The position numbers and the translations under genes are program-made. The notes under the pieces were generated by a model that saw only the letters and a list, made by a program, of their open reading frames with translations, searched no databases and was not told where the DNA came from. 64,000 nucleotides of DNA, taken from positions 21,635-85,634 of the forward strand of contig CANRLC010000004.1 in the NCBI GenBank assembly GCA_947631405.1, in the 5' to 3' direction. Every line of letters begins with the position of its first letter. Position 1 is the first letter of the stretch. This document shows positions 1 to 9,541 of the stretch, one piece after another. Source of the DNA: an uncultured Clostridia bacterium (GTDB taxonomy: Bacteria; Bacillota; Clostridia; Christensenellales; Aristaeellaceae).

Positions 1-191
1 AGCGTCGCCTGATCGCAGAAGATCGTGATGCCCCGCGCGCGCTCGATGGCGTCGGCGTCCAGCAGCGTGTCGCCGTGATCGACGCGGCCCGCGCGCCTCA
101 GCGCGCCCGCGCGGCAGAGCATCTGTTCGCAGAGCGTGGTCTTGCCCGCGTCCACATGCGCGAGCACGCCGAGCGTCGCTTCCCTCGCCAT
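1..191 (-). CDS. Translational GTPase, N-terminal fragment (EF-G / TetM-like ribosomal-protection family); the gene continues beyond the window edge
   Basis: The reverse-strand translation from the ATG at 189-191 reads MAREATLGVLAHVDAGKTTLCEQML...DAIERARGITI. It contains the G1 motif AHVDAGKTT and the G2 motif RGITI. Confidence 0.75.
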   Translation of the reverse strand, partial: MAREATLGVLAHVDAGKTTLCEQMLCRAGALRRAGRVDHGDTLLDADAIERARGITIFCDQAT

Positions 192-201
192 AGCGCCTCC
201 G

Positions 202-1143
202 TCAGAGCAGCCCCAAGGATTTGAGAATGAAGATCATCACGAACATCGCCGGGACGCTGCCCATCGTCGTGGTGACGACGAGCTGCGCCGCCAGATCGCT
301 GTCGCCGCCCATCTGCCGCGCCATCGTGAACGAGGAGACGGCCACCGGCCCGCCGAAGGCGATCATCACGCTGGCGAGCGCCTGATCGCGATAGCCCAGC
401 GCCGCCGCGAGCGTGATCACGCAGGCCGGGATGACGCAGAGCTTGAGGGCCGTCACCGCCGCGAGCGCGCGGCCGTTGCCGCGCACCGCCTCCGGCCGCA
501 GCGACGCGCCGAGGGTGAAGAGCGCCAGCGTCGTGGCGACGCCGCCCAGATCGCGCAGCGTCTCGTCGAGGAACGCCGGCACGGGGTTGCCCAGCGCCAG
601 CAGCGCAATGCCGATGACGCAGGCGATGACCAGCGGGTTTTTCGCCACGCGCCCCGCCGTCGCGCGCATGTCGGCGCGCCCGCCCCGGCAGGCCTCCAGC
701 GCGATCACCGCGAGGATGTTGTAAAACGGCACCGTCGCAGGGATCATCAGCGAGGGGATGGTCAGCGGCTCGCTTGGGTACAGGTTGGCCACCACGGCCA
801 GCCCGAAGAGCGCGTAGTTCGTGCGAAAGAGCGCCTGCGTCACCACGCCGCGCCGCTCGCCCTTTTGAACGAACCGGGGCACGACGCGCATGAGCAGCAG
901 GAACAAAAGCAGCAGCGACGTCGCCGAAAAGAGCAGCACCGACAGCCCCTGCGCCTGCTCGACGCGCGCCGAGCGGATGTTGTTGAGCAGCAGGATGGGC
1001 AAAAACAGGCGAAATGTCACGTTGTTGGTCTGCAGCACCGTCTCCTCGCTCATCAGCCCCGCGCGGCGCGTGGCAAAGCCCGCCGCCATCACCAACAGCA
1101 GCGGCAGCACCGCGTCAAAGGAGATCTTCAGGTTTTCGATCAT
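202..1143 (-). CDS. AEC (auxin efflux carrier) family permease
   Basis: The ORF 202..1212 is polytopic and hydrophobic. MIENLKISFDAVLPLLLVMAAGF is a typical AEC N-terminus, so the start was moved to the internal ATG at 1143. The 23 aa upstream are Arg-rich and not membrane-like. Confidence 0.75.
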   Translation of the reverse strand: MIENLKISFDAVLPLLLVMAAGFATRRAGLMSEETVLQTNNVTFRLFLPILLLNNIRSARVEQAQGLSVLLFSATSLLLLFLLLMRVVPRFVQKGERRGVVTQALFRTNYALFGLAVVANLYPSEPLTIPSLMIPATVPFYNILAVIALEACRGGRADMRATAGRVAKNPLVIACVIGIALLALGNPVPAFLDETLRDLGGVATTLALFTLGASLRPEAVRGNGRALAAVTALKLCVIPACVITLAAALGYRDQALASVMIAFGGPVAVSSFTMARQMGGDSDLAAQLVVTTTMGSVPAMFVMIFILKSLGLL

Positions 1144-1948
1144 CCGTCCGTTCCTCCTGCGGCCGCGCCGCCTCGGGTGCGGTTGCTTCCTTCGCCGCCC
1201 GCTCCGCCTCAAAGCGGGCGAGCGCGGCGTCCACCACGCGCCGCTCGTGCCGGGTGAAATGCCGCCCCTCCAGATAGCGCCGGGCCATCTCGGGGCGGCG
1301 CTCCAGCGTGAGCAGCAGCGACTGGGTGAGCTGCCAGTCGCAGATCTCGGCGTGATTGCCGTTTAAGAGCGGTTCGGGCACGGTCAGCCCCTCGAACGCG
1401 CGCGGGCGCGTGTACTGCGGGTATTCGAGCAGGCCGCTGGTGAAGCTCTCGGACACGGCGCTCTCCTCGCTGCCGAGCACGCCGGGAACGAGCCGCGCCA
1501 CGCAGTCCACCAGCACCATCGCGGCCAGCTCGCCGCCGGTGAGCACATAGTCGCCGATGGACAGCTCCTCGTCGATGCACAGGTCGAGCGCGCGCTGATC
1601 GACGCCCTCGTAATGCCCGCAGAGCAGGATCAGCTCGCTTTCGCGCGCCAGCTCCTCGGCCTTTTGCTGGGTGAGCGTCTGCCCGCGCGGGGAGAGATAG
1701 ATGCGCTTTCCGCAAAAATGCTCGCCCTGCGCGTCGCGAACGGCGTCCACGATCGGCTGGGCGAGCATCACCATGCCCGCGCCGCCGCCGTAGGGCGCGT
1801 CGTCGGTGTTGCGATGCTTGTTGGCGGCGTAGGTGCGGATGTCCACCTCGCGCACGGAGAGCACGCCCGCCTTCTGCGCACGCCCCAGAATGCTCTGGTG
1901 CAGCGGCGCGAACATCTCCGGAAAGGTCGTCAGGATGGTGATGTTCAT
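1115..1948 (-). CDS. trmD: tRNA (guanine37-N1)-methyltransferase
   Basis: The C-terminal part of ORF 1115..2713 starts at MNITILTTFPEMF. It contains YGGGAGMVM and SIGDYVLTGGELAAMVLVD, which are characteristic TrmD motifs. Confidence 0.9.
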   Translation of the reverse strand: MNITILTTFPEMFAPLHQSILGRAQKAGVLSVREVDIRTYAANKHRNTDDAPYGGGAGMVMLAQPIVDAVRDAQGEHFCGKRIYLSPRGQTLTQQKAEELARESELILLCGHYEGVDQRALDLCIDEELSIGDYVLTGGELAAMVLVDCVARLVPGVLGSEESAVSESFTSGLLEYPQYTRPRAFEGLTVPEPLLNGNHAEICDWQLTQSLLLTLERRPEMARRYLEGRHFTRHERRVVDAALARFEAERAAKEATAPEAARPQEERTDDRKPEDLL

Positions 1949-2532
1949 GTCTCCTCCGGCGGCAGCAGCGTCATGCGCTGGCGCTCGATCTCCTCCAGCA
2001 CGCCGTACATGCGCTCCTCCTGCGTGCCGATCTCCAGAATCTCGATCTCGCGCAGCGGCAGGGTCTCCTCCTCCGCCTCGCGGCCGAAGAAGTCGAGCAG
2101 GCGCAGCTTCATGCGCAGGCCGTTGGCCTCCAGCACGCGCCCGGTGATCATCTCTTCGCCCATGATCGCGCTGACGATCTCGCCGCGCTCGCGGCAGGCG
2201 AGCAGCACGCTGAGCAGCAGGTCGGTGTCCTCCGCGGGCGCGTCGGTGAAGAACGGGCGATGGTGCTCGCGATAGTGCGCCATCAGCATCGCCAGCCGCT
2301 GCTCGTATTCCTCGCCGTAGAGGACGCTCAGCACGTCCTGATTGCGGCGCACGCGCCAGCCGTCGATCTGGCCCCACGGGGTCAGGTCGCACATGAGCAC
2401 ATGCTGAGCGTCCACCGCCTCCACGAAGCCCGCGCAGAAGCCCTCCGGGTCGTTGGGGTCGGTGTAGACCGACGCCAGCGCGCCCTGCGCCGCCAGCACG
2501 CGCAGCAGATAGACCATGTAGCCGTTGTTCAT
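1945..2532 (-). CDS. Hypothetical protein (195 aa), translationally coupled to the flanking genes
   Basis: This is a clean ORF. Its stop overlaps the trmD start by 4 nt, and its start abuts the stop of the upstream methyltransferase. No family was recognised. Confidence 0.55.
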   Translation of the reverse strand: MNNGYMVYLLRVLAAQGALASVYTDPNDPEGFCAGFVEAVDAQHVLMCDLTPWGQIDGWRVRRNQDVLSVLYGEEYEQRLAMLMAHYREHHRPFFTDAPAEDTDLLLSVLLACRERGEIVSAIMGEEMITGRVLEANGLRMKLRLLDFFGREAEEETLPLREIEILEIGTQEERMYGVLEEIERQRMTLLPPEET

Positions 2533-3801
2533 CTAGTATCGCCTCCTGGGCAGATAAAAGCGCCGGTTGCCCCACACGTCCACCAGCAGCACGCACGGCT
2601 CGCCAGCGCACACGGGCATCTCCAGCGTGTCCGCCAGCGCCGGGGTCGCGCCGGAGCGCGCGCTCTGCACGCAGCTGCGGTACACGTCGCCCTGCACGAA
2701 GCCCGCCGACCACATGTCCACCGCGTCCAGCCCTTCGAGGCCCGCCTCGCGCGCGGCGGGGCTGTCAAAGCGAAGCAATCGCACGGTGTAGGAGCTGATC
2801 GCCGGGTAGACCTCGGCCTCGACCGCGCAGTCGTCCGGCCCGCAGGGGGCCTCCACCTCGAAGCCCCACGGCAGCGCCTTGCCCGCGCCGCTCTGGCTGA
2901 GCCGCTTGACCGTCGAGGCGACGGCGAGCGGGCTTTGATCCGTGCACAGAAAGCGCCTGCCCAGCTGCGCCGCCGCGACGGCGGTCGTGCCGCTGCCCAC
3001 GAACAGGTCGCACACGGTGTCGCCCTCCTGCGTGGCGCTGCGCACGATGCGCTCCAGCAATCGCACGGGCTTCTGCGTGTCGTACCCGGTGCGCTGGGGA
3101 TCCTTCTGTTGCAAATGGCTCACGTCGTCCCAGACGTCGCCGGGGTAGGCCGGCTCGTCGTCGTAATAGCGGTATTCGCGCCCGCCGGAGGTGATGGCGC
3201 GGTAGCTGCGCCCGTCCTCGTCCACGCCGCGGCGCATGTGATTGCTGCGCGCCTGCGCGCGCTCGAGCGGCACGGCCTTCAGGTTAAAGTAATACGAGCG
3301 GCTCTTGGCGTAGAACAGGATGGTGTCGTGCTTGCGCGGGAAGTAGCTGCGCGCGCGCCCGCCGGACTGATACGCCCAGACGATCTCGTTGAGGAAGTTG
3401 TTTTCTCCGAAGATCTCGTCCATCAAAAGGCGCATCGGCGCGTGCATGCGCGAATCGATGTGCAGGAAGATCGTGCCCTCTTTTTTGAGCAGGCCGCGCG
3501 CGAGCGCGAGCGTGCCGCGCATCATGTCGATATACGCCTCGTGGCTCTCGTAGCGGTCGTCGTAGGCGGGCAGCGCCAGCGCGGGCGCGCCGGTGCGGTA
3601 GCCGCGCTCGCCGACGCGCGCGCGCATCTCAAAGCGCTTGCCCGTGTTGAAGGGCGGGTCGAGGTAGACCGTCTGCACCGAGCCGCCGAAGCGCGAGAGC
3701 AACGCCTGCCCGTCCTGCGGCAGGACGCCCTGTATCAGCGTTCCCGCGCTCTCGCGCGTCAGGTGGCGTTCGCTCGCGCAGCGGATATACGTCGCGGCCA
3801 T
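2533..3801 (-). CDS. Beta-class N6-adenine/N4-cytosine DNA methyltransferase with an unassigned C-terminal extension of about 150 aa
   Basis: Motif IV (VYLDPPFNTG) precedes motif I (DLFVGSGTTAVAA). This is the circularly permuted order of beta-class amino-methyltransferases. No adjacent restriction gene is present. Confidence 0.8.
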   Translation of the reverse strand: MAATYIRCASERHLTRESAGTLIQGVLPQDGQALLSRFGGSVQTVYLDPPFNTGKRFEMRARVGERGYRTGAPALALPAYDDRYESHEAYIDMMRGTLALARGLLKKEGTIFLHIDSRMHAPMRLLMDEIFGENNFLNEIVWAYQSGGRARSYFPRKHDTILFYAKSRSYYFNLKAVPLERAQARSNHMRRGVDEDGRSYRAITSGGREYRYYDDEPAYPGDVWDDVSHLQQKDPQRTGYDTQKPVRLLERIVRSATQEGDTVCDLFVGSGTTAVAAAQLGRRFLCTDQSPLAVASTVKRLSQSGAGKALPWGFEVEAPCGPDDCAVEAEVYPAISSYTVRLLRFDSPAAREAGLEGLDAVDMWSAGFVQGDVYRSCVQSARSGATPALADTLEMPVCAGEPCVLLVDVWGNRRFYLPRRRY

Positions 3802-3957
3802 CGCGCTGTCTCCCCTTTCTCTGCCGGGTCTTTATCTTTGGCAGGATCGCGCGTGATCTTCGTTCATTATACCGGGTTTGCCCCGCAAATGCAAGACTTG
3901 CCCCGCCGGCTTGGCGATGGTATGATAAGGGCGTGACGATGCGAAGGAGGCGGTTTC

Positions 3958-4440
3958 ATGTCCGCTTTGGATGCCGTTTTATCCGCGCGCGCGCTCATGG
4001 CCGCGCCCACGCCGCTGAAAGGCGACTGCGGCCGGCTGTGCGGCGGCGCGTGCTGCGCGGGGGACGCGCAAACGGGGATGCTGCTCTTCCCCGGGGAGGA
4101 GCGGCTCTACGCGCGTTGCGCGTTCGCGCGCGTCGTGCCCGCGCGCTTTTCCTTGGGCGGCGCGCCGGGGCGGCTGCTCGTGTGCCAGGGGCGCTGCCCG
4201 CGCGAGGAGCGGCCGCTGGCATGCCGGTTCTTCCCGCTGTTTTTGCGCTTTACGCCGGATGGCGGCACGCGCGTGATGCTCGACCGGAGGTCGACGGGCG
4301 TCTGTCCGCTGGCGGGGTATGGGATGGAGGCGTTGGCGCCGGGGTTTGTGCAGGCCGCGCGGGAGGCGTATGATAAGCTGCTGGGGGACACGGAGTGTCG
4401 GGCGTTTTTGGCAGGGCTTGACGAGGAGTTCGGGTTTTGA
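3958..4440 (+). CDS. YkgJ/UPF0153-like cysteine-cluster (Zn/Fe-binding) protein
   Basis: The 160-aa ORF has GDCGRLCGGACC (a CxxCxxCC-type cluster) and further conserved Cys residues (CRFFPL, GVCPL). Confidence 0.55.
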   Translation: MSALDAVLSARALMAAPTPLKGDCGRLCGGACCAGDAQTGMLLFPGEERLYARCAFARVVPARFSLGGAPGRLLVCQGRCPREERPLACRFFPLFLRFTPDGGTRVMLDRRSTGVCPLAGYGMEALAPGFVQAAREAYDKLLGDTECRAFLAGLDEEFGF

Positions 4441-4490
4441 AGTAAGGAGTGTGAGCGGAGATTGGCGTATAAGAAGGTGTTTTTCTGTGA

Positions 4491-4590
4491 GCAACGCCCG
4501 GTATCGCTTCGCTCCCGGGCTGCTGTTTTTGGGAATGCTGGGCTGCCGCCCAGACCCGCCCGAGGGGCGCGCCCCTCAGACTCCCCATGC
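4491..4590 (+). repeat. REP-like multi-hairpin intergenic repeat (family copy 1)
   Basis: It contains CCCGGTATCGCTTCGCTCCCGGGC, then GCTGGGCTGCCGCCCAGACC, then CCGAGGGGCGCGCCCCTCAG. The same module order occurs at 37196-37615, 40000-40218, 43478-43680 and 50935-51090. Confidence 0.7.
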
Positions 4591-4611
4591 TTTTGGTTTG
4601 CAGCTTTGAGA

Positions 4612-7590
4612 TTATAAAGCAATTTGCTGCGTAAAGCCTTTGGGTGTTCCTACATAAAGCACGCCGTTGGCGACCGACGCCGATTCAAACGTCCCCTCCA
4701 GCAGATATGTCGCGTTCTCCCCGTTCACGTCGCAGGACAGCACGCCCTTCGATGTGATCTGGAGCACCTTCTGCCCGTACACGCCCAGAAACGTCGCGCC
4801 GTCGCGGCGGATGGTCGCGCTTTGCCCGTTCATCACGCGCACGATGTTGCCGCCCGCGCGCACGAGCAGCGCCTGCCCGCACTGCGCGGCCTGATCCGCG
4901 CCGCCCGCGTAGAGCAGCTTTGTCGCGCCCGTTTGAATGCCAAAGGAGACGACGCCCTCCTGCGTCACGCACAGGAGCGCGTCGTTTTGCGCGTCGAGCG
5001 TGAAGTCGCTCACGCCCGTCACCAGCTCGTCCTCCTCGCCGGAAAGGGAGCGCTCGCGCAGGGTCGCGTTCGCGTCGAGGTAGTAGAGCATGCCGTCGTG
5101 CAGCGCGAAGCGCAGGATGATGCCCGCGCGGCAGAGCACCTCGCGCGCGCCGGTGGATGCGTTCACGCGGATGATGCAGTCCTCGCCGCCGTCGCTGGCG
5201 ACGTAATAGAGCTTGCCGTTGGTCAGATGCAAAAAGCGCGGCACGTCGTGCGTGAGCACGGTGGGCGCAGCGCCGTTATAGGGCCGCTTCACGAGCGCGC
5301 CGCCCTGCGACGCGTCCGCGGCGTAGAGGTTTTCCCGGTCGCCGACGGCGATGCCGCCGCCGCCGAGGCTCACCTGATACGCGCCGTTGAGGCGGTATTC
5401 CTCGCTCTGGCGCGCGGTGTTATCGCCGGAGACGCGGGCCGTCTGCGCGGTGACCGCGCCGCTGGCGTACAGCCGGGACTGGGTATCGCTGCCCGCCGCG
5501 CCGTCGGCGGTGAGGCCGTTGGCGTTTTGGAACGCGCGCACGGCCTGCTGCGTCTGCTCGTCGTAGACGCCGCTGACGAACGAGGAGGACAGGTAGCCCA
5601 GCTCCGAGAGGCGCTCCTGCACGGCGCGCACCTGATCGCCGGACATGCCGGCGGTCAGCACGTCGGCCGGCGGCGCGGCGGCGGATGAAAGCGTCTCGCC
5701 CGCGCGGCGTCCGTTGGCGTCGAGCGCGTCGTTTGAGTAGATGAGCTTTAAGGATTGCGGGCCTGCCGCGCCGTCGACCTTGAGGTCGTTCATCGTCTGG
5801 AAGGCCTTGGTGGCGTCCACGGTCGGCTGGTTGAACGTGCCGGTGACGTAGCGCGCGTCGAGGTAGCCCAGCTCGGCAAGCCGCGCCTGATACATCCTCA
5901 CGTCTTCGCCCTCGCTCTGCCACTGGAGCACGGCGTTCATGTTCGGCGTCGCGGTCGGCGCGGGTCTGGGCGTCGGCGTGGCGCGCGTGGCGGAGGAGCC
6001 GAAGTATTCGTCGTAGCGCCGCGCGCCGCCGCCGTAGAGGATGGAGAGCGTGCCCGCCCCGGCGATGCCGTCCGCGGTGAGGCCGTTCGCCTCCTGAAAG
6101 AGCTTGACGGCGCGCTCCGTGCCCGAGCCGAACTGGCCGTCCGGCTCGGTGGAGAGGTAGCCGAGATCCTTCAGGTATTGCTGCAGCACGCGCACCTCGT
6201 CGCTTTGATCGCCGCGCCGCAGCACCGACAGGCCACCGGAAGCGGAGCCGCTTTGCGCCGCGGTCTGCTGGGGCTGCGGCGTCGGGGTCGCGCCCGCGGC
6301 GGCGGCGCCGCTCTGCAAGCGGCTCTGCGTGCCCGCCCCTGCGATGCCGTCGGCGGTGAGGCCGTTGGCGCGCTGGAACGCCTTGACGGCCTCGGTCGTC
6401 TCCGCGGTGAAGCGGCCGTCCACGCGCCCGGTATAGTAGCCCAGCTCGAACAGGCGCAGCTGCAATTCATAGACGCTCTGGCCCGTGTCGCCCTCGCGCA
6501 GCGTCACGGTGCCGCCGGGCACGGGCGACGGCGTGGCGCTCGTCGCGGCGCGGCTGCTGCCGGAGAGCTTGCGCAGCGTCGCCAGCCCGGCGACGCCGTC
6601 GGCCTCGAGGCCGTTGTTTTTCTGGTAGGCCGCCACGGCCTCCTGCGTCTCCGGGCCGAAGACGCCGTCCGCCACGCCCGTCAGGTAGCGCAGCTCGATG
6701 AGCCGCGCCTGCAGCGCGTAGACGTCGTTGCCCGTCATGCCCAGGCTCAGGCTGCGCGCCTGCTCCGGGTTGGCGGTGGCCACGGGCGTGTTCGCGTAGC
6801 GGGCGGACGCGCTGTAGAGTTTCGTCTGCGTCTGCTCGCCCGCCTGCCCGTCGCCGGAGAGGCCGTTCGCGCGCTGGAACGCCTTGACCGCGTTCACGGT
6901 CGTCTCGCCGTAGAGGCCGTCCACGCCGCCCGCGTAGTAGCCCAGCTCCGCCAGACGGCCCTGCAATTTGCGCACCTCCAGCCCGGAGGAACCCTGCTTG
7001 AGGAGCACATAGCTTTGCGCCTGTCCCGACGCGCTGACCGTCTTGGGCTGCGCCGCGCCGGAGTAGAGCAGATCCTGCGTCTGCCGCCCGGCGACGCCGT
7101 CCGCCGTGAGGCCGTTTCTGCTCTGGAATTCCATCACCGCGGCCTGCGTGTCCGCGGCGTATTTGCCGTCGATGGTGCCGCTGTAATAGCCCAGCTCCAC
7201 CAGCCGCGCCTGCAGATCGCTCACGTCGCTGCCCGTGGAGCCGACGCGCAGCAGCGGATAGCCGGAGTTATAGTCCTCCGTGGAGGTGTTCCAGCTCTGC
7301 GCGCCCGGCGCGGCGGTGGCGGCGGTGCGCGGCGTCGCCGTGGGCAGGCTGCCGCTCGCCCAGTCCTGCCATGTGCTCTGGTCGCTGGACGTCCAAGTGT
7401 CCGGCGTGGGCGAGGGCGTGGCGGCGGGCTGCGCGGTGGGCGAGGGCGTGGGCAGCGGCTGCACCGTGCCGAAGGGCACCGAATCCTCGGAGATCGTCAG
7501 CGGGTCGAGCGTCGGGTCGGGCTGCACGAAGCAGCCGCCCAGCAGCATGAGCAACAGCGCCAGCAGCGCCGCCAGAAACCATCGCTTCAT
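4612..7590 (-). CDS. Secreted lipoprotein with seven peptidoglycan-binding (PG_binding_1-like) repeats and a C-terminal beta-propeller-like (DUF5050-like) domain
   Basis: The signal peptide and lipobox read LLMLLGGC. Seven repeats of about 65 aa have the form G..G.DV..LQ.RL.ELGY....DG.....T..AV..FQ..NGL.ADG.AG. The C-terminal tail of about 280 aa has recurring LYY/LYV strands. Confidence 0.8.
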   Translation of the reverse strand: MKRWFLAALLALLLMLLGGCFVQPDPTLDPLTISEDSVPFGTVQPLPTPSPTAQPAATPSPTPDTWTSSDQSTWQDWASGSLPTATPRTAATAAPGAQSWNTSTEDYNSGYPLLRVGSTGSDVSDLQARLVELGYYSGTIDGKYAADTQAAVMEFQSRNGLTADGVAGRQTQDLLYSGAAQPKTVSASGQAQSYVLLKQGSSGLEVRKLQGRLAELGYYAGGVDGLYGETTVNAVKAFQRANGLSGDGQAGEQTQTKLYSASARYANTPVATANPEQARSLSLGMTGNDVYALQARLIELRYLTGVADGVFGPETQEAVAAYQKNNGLEADGVAGLATLRKLSGSSRAATSATPSPVPGGTVTLREGDTGQSVYELQLRLFELGYYTGRVDGRFTAETTEAVKAFQRANGLTADGIAGAGTQSRLQSGAAAAGATPTPQPQQTAAQSGSASGGLSVLRRGDQSDEVRVLQQYLKDLGYLSTEPDGQFGSGTERAVKLFQEANGLTADGIAGAGTLSILYGGGARRYDEYFGSSATRATPTPRPAPTATPNMNAVLQWQSEGEDVRMYQARLAELGYLDARYVTGTFNQPTVDATKAFQTMNDLKVDGAAGPQSLKLIYSNDALDANGRRAGETLSSAAAPPADVLTAGMSGDQVRAVQERLSELGYLSSSFVSGVYDEQTQQAVRAFQNANGLTADGAAGSDTQSRLYASGAVTAQTARVSGDNTARQSEEYRLNGAYQVSLGGGGIAVGDRENLYAADASQGGALVKRPYNGAAPTVLTHDVPRFLHLTNGKLYYVASDGGEDCIIRVNASTGAREVLCRAGIILRFALHDGMLYYLDANATLRERSLSGEEDELVTGVSDFTLDAQNDALLCVTQEGVVSFGIQTGATKLLYAGGADQAAQCGQALLVRAGGNIVRVMNGQSATIRRDGATFLGVYGQKVLQITSKGVLSCDVNGENATYLLEGTFESASVANGVLYVGTPKGFTQQIAL

Positions 7591-7592
7591 GA

Positions 7593-8303
7593 TTATCCCT
7601 CCTCGCGCTCGCCGGTCAGGATGGCGTCCACCTCGTCGAGGCTGCGTATCTCGTAGCGCACGGGCAGGCCGGGCGCGTTGCGTTCGCCGCGCGGGTTATA
7701 CCAGCAGGCATCCACGCCCGCGTTCGCCGCGCCCGCGATGTCGCTGGAGAGCGAATCGCCGAGCATCAGCGCGCGGCCGGGGTCTTGGACGCCCGCGATC
7801 TCCATGCCCAAGCGCAGCATCTTCGGGTCGGGCTTGGCCGCGCCGACCTCCTCGGAGACGACCATCCCCGCGATCATCTCGCGCAGGGGGCTGCGCGCCA
7901 TCCGGCCGCGCTGCGTGGCGGAGATGCCGTTGGTGACGATCACCACGGGCAGCACGCGCCGCCAGCGCGCGACCGCCTCGATCGCGCCCGGCAGGGGCAC
8001 GGCCTGCGCGGCGAGCGCGTCGGCGTAATGGTCGGCAAACGATCGCGCGTCGCCCGTCGCGCCAACCGCGTCCATGAACTGCTCAAAGCGGCGCACGCGC
8101 AGCTCGGCCTGCGTCACCTCGCCGCGCTCGAGCCGCTTCCACAGCGCGTCGTTGATGCGCGAGTAGAGCGCCAGATTTTCGGGCGTGCTTTTCACGCCTG
8201 CCGGCGCACACGCGATCGCGAAGGCGTTCGCCTCGGCGGCGGAAAAATCAAAGAGCGTGTTGTCCGCGTCGCAGAGCAGGACGTCGTAGCGTCGCTTCGG
8301 CAT
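7593..8303 (-). CDS. HAD-superfamily hydrolase (YjjG-like nucleotidase subfamily)
   Basis: The N-terminal DxDxT motif is present (LLCDADNTLFDF). A C-terminal GDSLSSDIAGA motif is also present. Confidence 0.8.
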   Translation of the reverse strand: MPKRRYDVLLCDADNTLFDFSAAEANAFAIACAPAGVKSTPENLALYSRINDALWKRLERGEVTQAELRVRRFEQFMDAVGATGDARSFADHYADALAAQAVPLPGAIEAVARWRRVLPVVIVTNGISATQRGRMARSPLREMIAGMVVSEEVGAAKPDPKMLRLGMEIAGVQDPGRALMLGDSLSSDIAGAANAGVDACWYNPRGERNAPGLPVRYEIRSLDEVDAILTGEREEG

Positions 8304-8391
8304 GAGCGTGTTCCTTTCTGAAAGCCGCGTTGCGCGGGGCTGGATTTACCGTATATTATATCACACTTTGGGGCTGAAGCAAAGCGCGCCG

Positions 8392-9234
8392 TCACGCCTT
8401 CAAAAACGCCGGGATGGCCTCGGCGTCGCGCAGGCCCTTGGCGTACATCTGCTTGAGGCTGTCGAGGCTGCGGCTGAGGGTGGACAGCCCGCAGGTGTCG
8501 TCCGGCGCGACGATGAGCAGCCTGCCCTCTTTGGCGTATTCCTGCGCGCGCTCCACGCCCTCGTTATAGGTGCGCCAGCGGTCGCGCAGGCGCTCGGCGG
8601 CCTTGGGATAGCGGCGCGCGAGGATGCGCGCGGGCGTGCGATCCTTCTTGGGGATGCGCGGCTGATCGACGGGGCGCGTGAGGATCAGCACGACGCGGTC
8701 GCAGCCGTCGGCGAAGGCGCGCTCCACGGGGATGGGATCGACGATGCCGCCGTCGAAGCCCGGCACGCCGTCCACGACGTAGGGCTTGATGAACACGGGC
8801 AGCGCCGAGGACGCCTTGAGCGCGTCGCAGTCGTCCACGCGGACGCGGGACTTATCGTAGTAGATCGGCTCGCCCGTGATCGCGTTGCAGGCGACGATCA
8901 CGAACTCCGCCGGGTTTTGGAGCAGCGCCTCAAAGTCGAGCGGGTTTTCCCCGCCGGTATTGGAGAGCGTGCCGTAGGCGTAGTCGAGATCGACGTAGCT
9001 GCCCTTGCGCAGGAAGTTGCCCAGGCTCGCGTATTCCTTGCGGAAGACGTACTCGGTGTAAAAGGTATAGCTGCGCCCGCGCTGGCGCGCCAGAAATGTC
9101 GCGATGTTCGCGCTGCCGGCGGAGACGCCGATGGTGTAATCGAATTCGATGCCGTTGTCCTGACAGTAGTCCAGCACGCCCGCGCCGTAGATGTCGCGAA
9201 AGCCGCCGCCCACGTCGATGATGCCCGTCTTCAT
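8392..9234 (-). CDS. Patatin-like phospholipase
   Basis: An oxyanion motif GGGFRDIYGAG and a nucleophile elbow GVSAGS (GxSxG) are present. Confidence 0.8.
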   Translation of the reverse strand: MKTGIIDVGGGFRDIYGAGVLDYCQDNGIEFDYTIGVSAGSANIATFLARQRGRSYTFYTEYVFRKEYASLGNFLRKGSYVDLDYAYGTLSNTGGENPLDFEALLQNPAEFVIVACNAITGEPIYYDKSRVRVDDCDALKASSALPVFIKPYVVDGVPGFDGGIVDPIPVERAFADGCDRVVLILTRPVDQPRIPKKDRTPARILARRYPKAAERLRDRWRTYNEGVERAQEYAKEGRLLIVAPDDTCGLSTLSRSLDSLKQMYAKGLRDAEAIPAFLKA

Positions 9235-9541
9235 GGTCTCGTCCCTCTTTCCGTTCGTGTGCCAAAGTTCAACGAGTGTAGTATACGTCGCCGTGTCTAA
9301 TTTGTAAAGGCAATCTCTTTAGTCGCAAAAAACCTTTTTCCACGAAAGTGGAAGTAAAGACTGCCCTCCTTTGCCCCTACCAAAGGGCTTTCCGGTCGCC
9401 CTTTGGAAACCTTCGGCTCCGAAACTATAAAGGTTGGGCGTCGTTTTTTGATAGCGATATTCTACCGATAGCGGCAGCAGCGCGCCCTTCCCCGCTTTAT
9501 TCCGGGAAGGGCGCGCGCATGGGCCGCGCCGCGCGGGCATA

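Noticed and set aside
9480-9516. Perfect 13-bp GC hairpin (GCGCGCCCTTCCC...GGGAAGGGCGCGC) downstream of murA as an intrinsic terminator feature
   Set aside because: No U-tract follows it on either strand, so termination cannot be supported from sequence alone. It may still be an RNA-stabilising or factor-dependent element.
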